Positions 20,441 to 29,917 of a stretch of DNA of 64,000 nt are shown piece after piece. The position numbers were made by a program, and so were the translations under genes. Under the pieces are notes generated by a model, which was given only the letters and a program-made list of their open reading frames with translations, did no database searches and had not been told where the DNA came from. Each line of letters opens with the position of its first letter. The first letter of the stretch is position 1. Source of the DNA: Candidatus Omnitrophota bacterium (GTDB lineage: Bacteria; Omnitrophota; Gorgyraeia; Gygaellales; Gygaellaceae); contig JAGYNB010000002.1 in NCBI GenBank assembly GCA_018400015.1, forward strand, positions 180,555 to 244,554, read 5' to 3'.

Positions 20441-23400
20441 ATGCAAAAAGATCTAATTATCTATATAGATGAGTTAACCGACCTTTACAATAGAAGATAC
20501 CTTTCCCAGGTTTTCCCCAAAGAAATTAAAAAAGCACAAGAAAAAAATTATAACCTTTGGTTTTTCATGATGGATTTGGATAACTTTAAAGGTATTAATG
20601 ATACATTAGGCCATTTAGCCGGAGATGATGCTTTAAAAAATCTAGCTGACATCCTAAAGAAGAATATGCGTGAGCAGGATATACTCTTTAGGTACGCCGG
20701 AGACGAATTTTCCGCAATTATTCCCGGAGGTACGCTTAATGATGTTTTGGCCGTTGCTAAAAGAATCTTAGAAAATGTCGCCAAATCTTCTTTTGGGTCT
20801 AATCCTATGCAGCCGGCAATAAAATTCACCGTGAGTATCGGAGTGTCTTGTTTTCCTGAAGATGCTGTTGAGCCCTTACGGTTAATCGATTTGGCTGACA
20901 AGGCGCTTTATGTATCAAAGCGAAAAGGCAAGAATCATATTTCCGTAGTAAGCGATGTTCCTCCAGAAGTATTAAGTCTTTATCAGACCCTAGAAAAGTT
21001 TCCTTGTCCTGTTTTTATTGATAGAGTCGAGGAATTAAACCGGCTTCTCAAATCCAGCGATGAACTTGCTAATCAAAAAAATAAAAAGAATATTTTCTTA
21101 TTTGGCAATTCCGGCATTGGAAAAACAAGGATATTACAGGAATACGGGAAAAGACTTTCCAGCAAAAACTTAAATTTGATCATTACCCGTGCAAGCGAAA
21201 AAGATCTTTTTACAAATTACCATATTTTTATAGAAGGGATATCCGGATACTTTAAAACCCATAGTTTTCAGATGGAGTTGTTGGAAGGTTTAGACGAAAG
21301 ACATAAATCCATACTTGTAGGTTTTATTCCGGAATTAAAAAGGTTTATTTCTGTTTCCGACGATGAGCTTAAAAATCTTTCCGGCAAGGCGATAAAAGAT
21401 GAAGACATAAAGATAATTTTTAAGAAATTCATTTCAAATATTACCAGAAGAAATTCTTCGGTTCTCGTAGTAGATGATTTGCAGTGGGCAGACAAAGCCA
21501 GCTTAGATCTAATAAAAGAATTTCAATCCAGCAATGATACTTTGATGGTTATTGCATCTATTTCCAGCGATTATATTGCCCAAAAAGAAACCCCGTTAGT
21601 GTTAAACGAATATATAACCAAAAATTTTCTTTCTTTTGAGAGGATTGATGTTGAGCCTTTCAATAAAGAAGAGATCGGCAAAATGGTCAATGCTGTTTTT
21701 GGTTCCCTTGAGAATTTGAATGAGTTTATTGCTTTGGTGTATTCGGTTACAAAAGGATCACCTTTATTTGTCGAAGAATTATTAAAATATTTTATTAATC
21801 GTGGGTTTGTATTTTATCGTAAGGGTAAATGGGGCTGGCTGGATATAAGAAGAGAAGATATCCCGTCAAGTATTGAAGAAGTTGTTGCTCAGCGTATCAA
21901 ATCGTTAAGCTCGGAATTAAAAGAAGTTATTACCCAGGCCTCTGTAATCGGTGAGGATTTTGAAGTAAATCTTTTGCAGAAGTTAGGCAAAAAGAATCAG
22001 GGTTATGTTATGGACTTGATTGAAACTGCCAAAAAATCCGGTCTCATACGAGAGGAAAAAGGTGCCGAAGGGGTAAGGTTCGTATTTACCAGTGCTAAAG
22101 TAAGGGATGTTTTATACGGCCTGGCTGATAAAAACCAGGTTAAGAATTTGAACCGCCAGATCGGCCAGATAAAAGAAGAGATTTACAAAGGTAATGAGGA
22201 TCAGGTGGCCGGCGAGCTGTACTACCGATTTAAAAAAGCAGAAGATGGCAAAAAAGCCTCTCGTTATGCAAAGATGGTTAAAGAAGGCCGATCTTTTGTT
22301 TATGAAAAAAGTATTCACTTCGCCAAGGGTCTTCTAGAAGAGGTTCAGGTTAGCGAACAGGAAATTCCCGATAAGGCAATTGATGTTGTTTCAGATATTA
22401 TTCGTCTTATTTACGTTTCGCAGATAAACAGCAGTCTTTACCCTAAAGGAAGCTCGATGCGCACTCAGCCATTGGCGGATTTGATAGCAAAAATGAAAAG
22501 TATTTTTGAATATGTGTTGGTGGTAAGTTTTAGTCATTTTAACGAATTTTTGGTTATTAATAATAGAATTTATGACAAGGAAAGTTTAAAAGAGACGTTT
22601 AAAAATGCTTTTATCGGGTTATTGAGGCAGAATAAAATCGAAAAAATCTCTTTTACTCCCAGTTTAAGCGTTGAAGAACTGGAAGATTTCTTGGAGTTAT
22701 TTGAAACCAGCGAAAAGGAAGGATTTAAGAATAAATTTCATCAGGAATCATTTCCTAATATCAAGGTTGAATTTATAAGTTATGAGAATTATCTTTCCAA
22801 AAGAACTAAAGACAGAGAGCAATTACAGGATATAATGCTTCTTGATTATCTTTTAGGCAAAGTTCCCGGAGAAGGTTTACAAGACAAAATGAGTATTCTT
22901 GATAAGATCCAGACGCATAGCCAGGATATTGCTTCAGCGTTAACACAGATGGCGGATAAAGTAAGTAAACAAAAAGGAGTGGATAAGGATTCCGCTCGAG
23001 CGGATATTCTTTCCGATAATTTTAAAAAGATCGCCCAGCATATTTTTAATAAAGGTGAAGGCGCTTGGGATAAATATAAAAAGGGTCTTGCTAAGACAAT
23101 ACTTTCACTTGAGCCTAATCTGCGTGAAGAATTTTTTCATAAACAGTTAAAAGAAGAGCAGGTAAAACAAGATGATATTGTTGAAGATGAGGTTGTTTCA
23201 GAAGTTTCAGAAGATGATGTTTCTGCACAGGAGGATGTTTCAACCGATGAATTAAGAGAAAAGACCCAAGAAGAAGAGCCTCGGCAGGATATTATCAAGG
23301 CTTTAGCTGGTGAATTTCCAGAAGACGTTGTTCTGGACCTTATAAAAAAAGAATACAAAGAGGGAAATAACAGCCCCGAACAATTTAAAGAGATAGTTTC

Positions 23401-24607
23401 TAAGTTTTTACCAGAAGATAAAGAACAAAAGAAAGCACTTTTAGACAAAATTATCAATACGTTAAAAGAAAACGGTGCGAAAGAAGAAGAATTGAAATTC
23501 CTTACCCAGGAAGAATCTTGGCCAAACCTTAGTTTTAGCGAAAAAATCATAGATTTTCTGAATATGAACGCTGATCGGTATGTTTATATCTCAAAGCAGT
23601 ATGGTTTTGCTTCGGTAATGGAATTCGCGCTCTCTTCCGATACAGAACAGGTTAAGAAAATACTGGAAAGGTTGGTTTATTTTATAGAGTCAGATACTCC
23701 CGAAGCGGTAAATATCGCAAAACAGGATCTTTTGGCGTTGATCGATTTAGTGTTTACTTTTAAAAAGGGTGAATTCTTGGAGTTGTTGCTTAATACATTT
23801 TTGTCTGAATTACATAAAGAACACAATAAAGAAACTATATCAATTTTTATCAATAATATCGAAAAACTCACCTATGTAGTTTTTTCAATGTCCGCATTTG
23901 ATTTGTTTACCAAGGTAATTAATGAATTAAGAAAGCTTATTAATGAAACTGACACCTTAGCTGATATAAAAGCCAATATCAATTTGGTTTTGTCTCATAT
24001 TTGTTCAGAGGAAATAATCCAGCGTCTTATTGAGCGGTTATTCAATTATGTTGATAATAATGAGGATTACGCACAGATTGCTCATGTTTTTGTCGCAATC
24101 GGGAAATCCGCAGCAAATAAGCTGATTGACGAGGCAATGTTCGAGAAAAATATAAATATCGTAGGTTATTTCGGGGGATATCTTAGAAGAAAAGCAGTGG
24201 GTAATATTTTAAACATGATGGATAAAAATGAAGTTATGGAGTTTATCAAGGATAGGCTTCAAAATGAAAAGTGGTTTATTGTACGTAATACCATTGATCT
24301 GATCATGCATATAGATAATCCTGAATATATTTCTTTGCTTGATATAGTAAAAGATAACAATGATTCCCGAGTGAGAAGAAAATTGCTTTTTGTCTTGGGT
24401 AGATTTAAGAGTAAACAGGCACTGGATATTTGTTATTCTCTTGCAAACGATAGAGATGATGCTATTGCCATGGGAGCGATAAAATTAATTGCTTCAATCG
24501 GAGAGAAAGACTCTGTTGAGTTCTTAAATAATTTAAGTGTAAAACATTCTTTACGCGATGAAAAGAATAAAGCTATTGAAGAATTAAAACAGAGATTAAA
24601 TAAATAA
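20441..24607 (+). CDS. 1388-aa multidomain signalling protein: GGDEF domain (AGDEF variant, with I-site) + AAA_16/STAND-type P-loop NTPase + C-terminal HEAT-repeat array
   Basis: N-terminal LTDLYNRRYL...REQDILFRYAGDEF (20696-20710) with RxxD I-site; P-loop LFGNSGIGKT (about 21103-21126) and hhhhDDLQWAD Walker B typical of AAA_16; acidic linker; HEAT/PBS-lyase-like repeats near the C-terminus (RVRRKLLFVLGRF...AIAMGAIKLIASIG). Confidence 0.7.
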   Translation: MQKDLIIYIDELTDLYNRRYLSQVFPKEIKKAQEKNYNLWFFMMDLDNFKGINDTLGHLAGDDALKNLADILKKNMREQDILFRYAGDEFSAIIPGGTLNDVLAVAKRILENVAKSSFGSNPMQPAIKFTVSIGVSCFPEDAVEPLRLIDLADKALYVSKRKGKNHISVVSDVPPEVLSLYQTLEKFPCPVFIDRVEELNRLLKSSDELANQKNKKNIFLFGNSGIGKTRILQEYGKRLSSKNLNLIITRASEKDLFTNYHIFIEGISGYFKTHSFQMELLEGLDERHKSILVGFIPELKRFISVSDDELKNLSGKAIKDEDIKIIFKKFISNITRRNSSVLVVDDLQWADKASLDLIKEFQSSNDTLMVIASISSDYIAQKETPLVLNEYITKNFLSFERIDVEPFNKEEIGKMVNAVFGSLENLNEFIALVYSVTKGSPLFVEELLKYFINRGFVFYRKGKWGWLDIRREDIPSSIEEVVAQRIKSLSSELKEVITQASVIGEDFEVNLLQKLGKKNQGYVMDLIETAKKSGLIREEKGAEGVRFVFTSAKVRDVLYGLADKNQVKNLNRQIGQIKEEIYKGNEDQVAGELYYRFKKAEDGKKASRYAKMVKEGRSFVYEKSIHFAKGLLEEVQVSEQEIPDKAIDVVSDIIRLIYVSQINSSLYPKGSSMRTQPLADLIAKMKSIFEYVLVVSFSHFNEFLVINNRIYDKESLKETFKNAFIGLLRQNKIEKISFTPSLSVEELEDFLELFETSEKEGFKNKFHQESFPNIKVEFISYENYLSKRTKDREQLQDIMLLDYLLGKVPGEGLQDKMSILDKIQTHSQDIASALTQMADKVSKQKGVDKDSARADILSDNFKKIAQHIFNKGEGAWDKYKKGLAKTILSLEPNLREEFFHKQLKEEQVKQDDIVEDEVVSEVSEDDVSAQEDVSTDELREKTQEEEPRQDIIKALAGEFPEDVVLDLIKKEYKEGNNSPEQFKEIVSKFLPEDKEQKKALLDKIINTLKENGAKEEELKFLTQEESWPNLSFSEKIIDFLNMNADRYVYISKQYGFASVMEFALSSDTEQVKKILERLVYFIESDTPEAVNIAKQDLLALIDLVFTFKKGEFLELLLNTFLSELHKEHNKETISIFINNIEKLTYVVFSMSAFDLFTKVINELRKLINETDTLADIKANINLVLSHICSEEIIQRLIERLFNYVDNNEDYAQIAHVFVAIGKSAANKLIDEAMFEKNINIVGYFGGYLRRKAVGNILNMMDKNEVMEFIKDRLQNEKWFIVRNTIDLIMHIDNPEYISLLDIVKDNNDSRVRRKLLFVLGRFKSKQALDICYSLANDRDDAIAMGAIKLIASIGEKDSVEFLNNLSVKHSLRDEKNKAIEELKQRLNK

Positions 24608-25077
24608 TGCCATTTAAAAGACAACCCATTTACAAAAAGCAGTTGCTGGGCCAGATTTTCTTAAAAAGCGGAATTATTTCCAAAGAGCAACTTAAGGAAG
24701 CGCTTGAATCACAAAAGAAAGAAGGCGGTTTTTTAGGCGGCGTATTGATAAAATTAGGTTATCTTACGGAGATGGATTTGGTTATGGGGCTTTCCAGTCA
24801 GTGTAGCATACCGTATCTGCCGCCCTTAAGGTACAAGATTCCTAAAAATGTTTCTGAAAATTTAAGCGAAGAATTGTTGCGTAAAAATAGCTTTGTTCCG
24901 ATTGATAAATTTCATGATACATTAACTGTTTGTATGGTTAATCCTTTGGACGATCGCTCAATAACAGAGATTACAAATATTACTAATCTTGAAGTTCTTG
25001 TCTGCATTGCCACCAGAGATGAAATTGAGAAAGCGATTAATAACCTATATAAAAAATCTGGTAAAAATGCGTTGTAA
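24607..25077 (+). CDS. stand-alone MshEN / T2SS-E N-terminal domain protein (putative c-di-GMP binding), second copy
   Basis: 156 aa; both 24-residue motifs intact (QLLGQIFLKSGIISKEQLKEALESQ and FLGGVLIKLGYLTEMDLVMGLSSQ) followed by GspE_N fold; ATG overlaps the stop of the giant gene. Confidence 0.7.
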   Translation: MPFKRQPIYKKQLLGQIFLKSGIISKEQLKEALESQKKEGGFLGGVLIKLGYLTEMDLVMGLSSQCSIPYLPPLRYKIPKNVSENLSEELLRKNSFVPIDKFHDTLTVCMVNPLDDRSITEITNITNLEVLVCIATRDEIEKAINNLYKKSGKNAL

Positions 25078-25145
25078 TTTGAGTTTTTATAGTATAAAAT
25101 AATAATAATATTTAAATTATTTAATATTAGAGAAAGGATTTTTAA

Positions 25146-26351
25146 ATGGCTCAGTTTAAATATTATGCAAAAGATAAAAAAGGAGCTTCTGTTAATGGTG
25201 TTTTGGAAGCAGAGAATAAGAATGTTGTTATCGAAGAGTTAAGGCGCAGACAGTTAACGATAATTTCCTTAAAGGAAGCAAAAAAAGCATTCAGTATCGG
25301 AGGTCCAAAGAAAGTCAGCGCTGATGATCTGGTAATTTTCTCTAGACAATTATCCACAATGGTAAATTCCGGTATTCCTTTGGTGCAGTCATTGGATATT
25401 TTAGGTGAACAGCTTGAGAATAAAGAGTTTCGTTCGATAATTATGACCATAAGAGACGATATCCAGACTGGCCTCAGTCTTTCCGGTGCGTTTGCAAAAC
25501 ACCCCAAGGTTTTTTCAACACTTTATATCAATATGGTCAAAGCCGGCGAGACTTCCGGTATGCTCGATGAAATATTAGACAGGCTGGCAATATATCTGGA
25601 AAAATCCAATTCTTTGAAGAAGAAAATAAAATCGGCCATGATTTATCCTGCTTTGGTTTTTAGCATGGCGATTATTATTACTTCAGGATTGTTGATTTTC
25701 GTTGTTCCTCAGTTTAAATCTATTTTTAGCTCTTTTGGAGGTAAACTTCCGTTGCCAACACAGATTTTGATTGCCATAAGCGATAATTTCTCAAAGATAG
25801 TACCTGCTTTGATTGTAATGTTGATCCTTGCCGCAGTTATATTTTCGCGTGTTATTAAAACGCCTAAAGGAAGATATAAGTTTGATCAGTTCAAATTAAA
25901 GGTATTTATTTTTGGCAAGATGTTTCAGATGGTTGCGGTCAGTAGATTCTCTAGAACGCTTTCGACTTTGGTAAGAAGCGGTGTTTCCATTCTTACAGCT
26001 TTAGATATCGTTTCCAAGACAACGGGGAATAAAGTTATTGAGCAGGCGTTAGATAACGTAGGTACTAATATAAAAGAAGGTAAATCTATTGCGTTGCCGT
26101 TAGCGGAAGCAAAGATATTTCCTCCTATGGTTGTAAGGATGATTTCCGTAGGCGAACAGTCCGGAGAACTGGAGAAGATGTTGTCAAAAATCAGTGATTT
26201 TTATGATGAACAGGTGGATATTGCCGTATCGGGCTTATCCAGTGTAATCGAGCCTGTAATTATTATATTCTTGGGTGTTGTGATCGGTTCTATCGTTATC
26301 GCTATATTTTTGCCGATTTTGAAGATGTCTTCTCTTGTTGGGGGCATGTAA
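25146..26351 (+). CDS. pilC: type IV pilus inner-membrane platform protein PilC (GspF family)
   Basis: Two T2SSF repeats and three TM segments; 401 aa; RBS GAGAAAGGA. Confidence 0.85.
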   Translation: MAQFKYYAKDKKGASVNGVLEAENKNVVIEELRRRQLTIISLKEAKKAFSIGGPKKVSADDLVIFSRQLSTMVNSGIPLVQSLDILGEQLENKEFRSIIMTIRDDIQTGLSLSGAFAKHPKVFSTLYINMVKAGETSGMLDEILDRLAIYLEKSNSLKKKIKSAMIYPALVFSMAIIITSGLLIFVVPQFKSIFSSFGGKLPLPTQILIAISDNFSKIVPALIVMLILAAVIFSRVIKTPKGRYKFDQFKLKVFIFGKMFQMVAVSRFSRTLSTLVRSGVSILTALDIVSKTTGNKVIEQALDNVGTNIKEGKSIALPLAEAKIFPPMVVRMISVGEQSGELEKMLSKISDFYDEQVDIAVSGLSSVIEPVIIIFLGVVIGSIVIAIFLPILKMSSLVGGM

Positions 26352-26356
26352 GAGGC

Positions 26357-26824
26357 ATGAGAAAAAGTTTTTCTCTAATTGAGTTAGTGTTTGCTCTTGG
26401 AATATTGGGTCTTGTAGCAGCGACTTTCATGATGAGTTTTGCCAATTATTCTAATCTTAATGAGACCAATATTAATGTTAACCTAGCATATATAAAGGCC
26501 CGTTCGGTTGTTGAAGAATTGCGTTCCATCGATGATTCAGATGAAGGAGATTTAAAGACTGCGAAGGATAGCTGTGGTACTGAAAAATTAGTAGAAAACG
26601 GTCTTTTGGAAGGAGTTGGCCAGCCTGACACAGGGATTTATTCAGTGTATCTGAAGTGTCTAAGGGATGCAGGCGGGTCGTGTCTTGACAGGACATTTGA
26701 TGTAACGGTATCATTGTGTTGGGTGCAGTCAAACGGAAGAGTAATTGGCGAAAGGGATTCTGATAACGAAGAATGCGAAGATTCTATCTATGAATATACC
26801 AGCAGTTTTACCACTGCTAAATAA
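26357..26824 (+). CDS. type IV pilin-like protein (major pilin candidate; atypical Ser at position -1)
   Basis: N-terminus MRKS/FSLIELVFALGILGLVAA with Glu+5, hydrophobic alpha1-N helix, Cys-rich C-terminal region; 155 aa. Confidence 0.6.
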   Translation: MRKSFSLIELVFALGILGLVAATFMMSFANYSNLNETNINVNLAYIKARSVVEELRSIDDSDEGDLKTAKDSCGTEKLVENGLLEGVGQPDTGIYSVYLKCLRDAGGSCLDRTFDVTVSLCWVQSNGRVIGERDSDNEECEDSIYEYTSSFTTAK

Positions 26825-26827
26825 AAG

Positions 26828-27445
26828 ATGATTTCTAAAATTAAGCTTTTTTCCAGAAAAGGTTTCAGCATACTGGAGTTGATTACGGCGATTGGGATTT
26901 TTTCGTTTTTGACCATATTTTTATTTTCCGGGATTATTACCGTGCGCAATATCTGGCTTAAGTCTTCTGCAAAGATAAAATTGGTTGATGAAGGGATGAA
27001 TGCTTTAAGCGTTATGAAATCAGAATTAGCCCAGTCAGGCAGGGATTATTTTAAGATTACGAATTCAGCTAGCGATTATTGCGCCAACAATGATACTAAT
27101 ACCGGGAGTTTGATTATTTTTCCTGTACCGATTTTAATTAGTGGTAAATATCATGATATCAACGGATCAATTAATTGGGGATATGACGGCGATACGAATA
27201 AAAAAATTCGCTATAGAGTCTATGATAATAAGCTTTTTCGTGAGATAGCAGATACGTCTTCAAGCTCTTGCGATACTATCGAGAGCAAAGTATTAGCTTA
27301 CAATATGGATAGCGACTCGCCTGTTACTTTTGAGTATGATACCGGCAGTCACACGATAGCACTAACTATTAATTTAGAAGATAGGGATTTTGCGAGTAAT
27401 GAAGTTGATTTAAGCCTGGAAGAGATTATTTACCCGGAAAATTAA
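26828..27445 (+). CDS. prepilin-type N-terminal cleavage/methylation domain protein (minor pilin or pseudopilin)
   Basis: Canonical G/FSILELITAIGIFS prepilin motif with Glu+5; 205 aa. Confidence 0.65.
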   Translation: MISKIKLFSRKGFSILELITAIGIFSFLTIFLFSGIITVRNIWLKSSAKIKLVDEGMNALSVMKSELAQSGRDYFKITNSASDYCANNDTNTGSLIIFPVPILISGKYHDINGSINWGYDGDTNKKIRYRVYDNKLFREIADTSSSSCDTIESKVLAYNMDSDSPVTFEYDTGSHTIALTINLEDRDFASNEVDLSLEEIIYPEN

Positions 27446-27458
27446 GAAGGTGTGACCT

Positions 27459-29906
27459 ATGAAAAATAAAAAAGGAATTGCAATAATCGTGACATATTCT
27501 ATATTGGTGCTTTTGTTGATTTTATCCGTTGCGTTTATGTACCAAAGTATTAATGCTAATTATTTGAGCAAAAGAAGAGTTTCAAATAACAAAGCGCGCG
27601 CCAATGCAGAAAAAGGCATTGCGCTCATAAAAAGAGAGCTTGGTTTTAGAAGCCAGAGCAATCCGTTGATCACGCATTCAGTTAACGCTTCCACAGACGC
27701 CTTAGAAAGTAATAATATCAATCCTTCATTACATGTACCAGGTGTTTCCATATTTAATGACGACAGCCAGCCTGATATAGACGGTTGTTTCAATGGCTAT
27801 GATGACGATTCAAATCTTATTTTTAGGGTTAAAACATTCAATAAAGAAAGTTCTTCAGGGGATGTGGTTATTATCAGTCAGGGCATTGACGCAGATAGCA
27901 AAGCATATTTGGCTTCCACGCTTAGTTCTTCCAGTCTTTACCAATATTTTATGTTTTATGAAGGTAAGACATATTTTTTTGGTTCAACTAATATAGACGG
28001 TAAAGGTATAGGAAAGATATTTGTCAATGGTGATGCGGGTTTTACCAGTCCCCAGCTTAAAGATTTGGCTAGTTTTGAAGTTGCCGGAGACATGAGCAAT
28101 TATTATTACGGGTATCTTAATCCCTCTATTTTGGATAGTTTAGCTGCAGACGGCCCTGGTATCACTAACGGTGCTCCCACCCCTTGTCTTTATGTGGATA
28201 CATCTGTTGCCGACCCTGATTATGACTATAGCGATCCCGCTAATCCCGCCAAGCATGATTTTAATGGCGATGGAGTGGTTAATTATAAGGATTGGATATA
28301 TTCTCCTGCTGACCCTCAACCGTGGAACGATAATTCAAGTGCTTATGCCCGGTTTCAGCCGTATACAAGCACTCCTTATGAATGGCGTGACATAGATACG
28401 CATTTTTATAATCCGTCTGGTTTCGGTGACCAGTTTATTTTTACTTCAGAAAGCGGAGCAGTTTCTGATTATGGTTTTAATCTTCCCGGCAACGGAGACG
28501 AATCTGCACTATCAACTTCTTGGGACTTTAATTTATTTGGCAGTGCTTCCAGTTATGATGATATAACCTGGCAGTATTATGATTACCAGACCGGTACGAT
28601 TAAAGCTGCGGACAGTGACTATTGGGATTTTGTAGAGGATAGGTATGGTTTGGAAATTCCTGATTATTTAAGGAATTTAGGTAGTGTTGAAACGCAGTCT
28701 GTCAATTATCTGAATACGGAAAAGCAGCCTGAGTGGCAGTCTTGGCTTGACGGTAAATCAATATCAATGGATGACGGTAGTACTAAAACCTTAGGTGAAA
28801 TAATTAAAACCGACCAGGATTCGATCACCCAGCCCGAGGTAAGCACTTATTATTATGATTTGGCTAATGATCCGGCAACAGGAATATATATAAATCCTGC
28901 GCAGTTGATTAATGGAACTGTTACCGATGAAAAAGTCCAGAAATTAATCGATGAGCAATGTATTACAGTCACGCAGTTTTATAATAATGTTTATCCGGCT
29001 TATGATAAAAAAGGAACAACCAATAATCCAGAAGACGATATTACTTATCCTGAGAAGTCAGTAAAAATTGATGTTGCCTGCGTAAAGGCTTTATCTGATG
29101 ACGCTTCAGATTCAGTGAAAGCTAATATTATTTATGTCGAAGGGGTAAAAACTTCCGTACAGGGCCAGGAATGGGATAATACGCCCGCCGCCGGAGAATA
29201 TAAAAATCTTCCTGTTTCTACGCTGTTGGTTAATGGCGAAAGCGTTCCCGAAGGGGGCTTAACTGTAGTTGCCCCTTATCAGGTATATGTAAAAGGAAAT
29301 TTTAATACTGTTGATCCCCAGTCGTCATCGGTTATCACAAATTCATATTATTATGCAATTTCTGATAATTATCAGGATTATGGAACTGACAGGGAGAGTA
29401 TTGCCTCGACATGCAGTGGGGATTTTTATGATTCCAATTGCGACGGCCCGCAGCATTTGCCAGGACTTTATGATTATTATACAGACATATACGGGAAAGT
29501 AGGCGCTTTGGAATATCCCTATGAAGCAAATGAGGCAGTGAATTATCCGGGTAAAAATAATCCTGAAGTCAATGGCGGTAACTATGACGGTAATTTTACT
29601 CAAAGAATATCTTTAGTCAGTCCTAATCCGTCAGTTTATTTTATTGGCAGAGGCTCAGGCACTTTGAATCGGATTGGTTCGATTATTGAGTCTAAAAGTT
29701 GGGGAGCTTATTATACTCCAGGTGCGTATGATCGCGGCAGGGTCAATTACGGTAATCCTATTGGTAGGTACAGTTCACTTGGATTAAAACAAGCTTACGA
29801 TACAATGCTGGAAACAGACAAACCTCCGGGTGATTACAGCGGCACCTCTAGCGGTTTGTTTGTTGAGGTATCGGAAAATGATTTTTTAGTTAATACTAAA
29901 TTTTAA
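27459..29906 (+). CDS. large PilX_N-domain pilus-associated protein (putative tip or adhesin protein, PilY1-like role)
   Basis: N-terminus KKGIAIIVTYSILVLLLILSVAF resembles PilX_N; 815 aa rich in D/N/Y/G/S; contains an EF-hand-like loop DFNGDGVVNYKD (about 28257-28292). Confidence 0.55.
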   Translation: MKNKKGIAIIVTYSILVLLLILSVAFMYQSINANYLSKRRVSNNKARANAEKGIALIKRELGFRSQSNPLITHSVNASTDALESNNINPSLHVPGVSIFNDDSQPDIDGCFNGYDDDSNLIFRVKTFNKESSSGDVVIISQGIDADSKAYLASTLSSSSLYQYFMFYEGKTYFFGSTNIDGKGIGKIFVNGDAGFTSPQLKDLASFEVAGDMSNYYYGYLNPSILDSLAADGPGITNGAPTPCLYVDTSVADPDYDYSDPANPAKHDFNGDGVVNYKDWIYSPADPQPWNDNSSAYARFQPYTSTPYEWRDIDTHFYNPSGFGDQFIFTSESGAVSDYGFNLPGNGDESALSTSWDFNLFGSASSYDDITWQYYDYQTGTIKAADSDYWDFVEDRYGLEIPDYLRNLGSVETQSVNYLNTEKQPEWQSWLDGKSISMDDGSTKTLGEIIKTDQDSITQPEVSTYYYDLANDPATGIYINPAQLINGTVTDEKVQKLIDEQCITVTQFYNNVYPAYDKKGTTNNPEDDITYPEKSVKIDVACVKALSDDASDSVKANIIYVEGVKTSVQGQEWDNTPAAGEYKNLPVSTLLVNGESVPEGGLTVVAPYQVYVKGNFNTVDPQSSSVITNSYYYAISDNYQDYGTDRESIASTCSGDFYDSNCDGPQHLPGLYDYYTDIYGKVGALEYPYEANEAVNYPGKNNPEVNGGNYDGNFTQRISLVSPNPSVYFIGRGSGTLNRIGSIIESKSWGAYYTPGAYDRGRVNYGNPIGRYSSLGLKQAYDTMLETDKPPGDYSGTSSGLFVEVSENDFLVNTKF

Positions 29907-29917
29907 ATAGGCATTTA

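Noticed and set aside
20441-24607. Giant STAND-NTPase protein as an antiphage (Avs-like) defence gene
   Set aside because: Considered because STAND NTPases are common defence sensors. However, it has a GGDEF head with an I-site, no nuclease or other effector domain, and is embedded between pilB and pilC with MshEN genes. That favours a c-di-GMP and pilus regulatory role. Left as an alternative inside the main finding.
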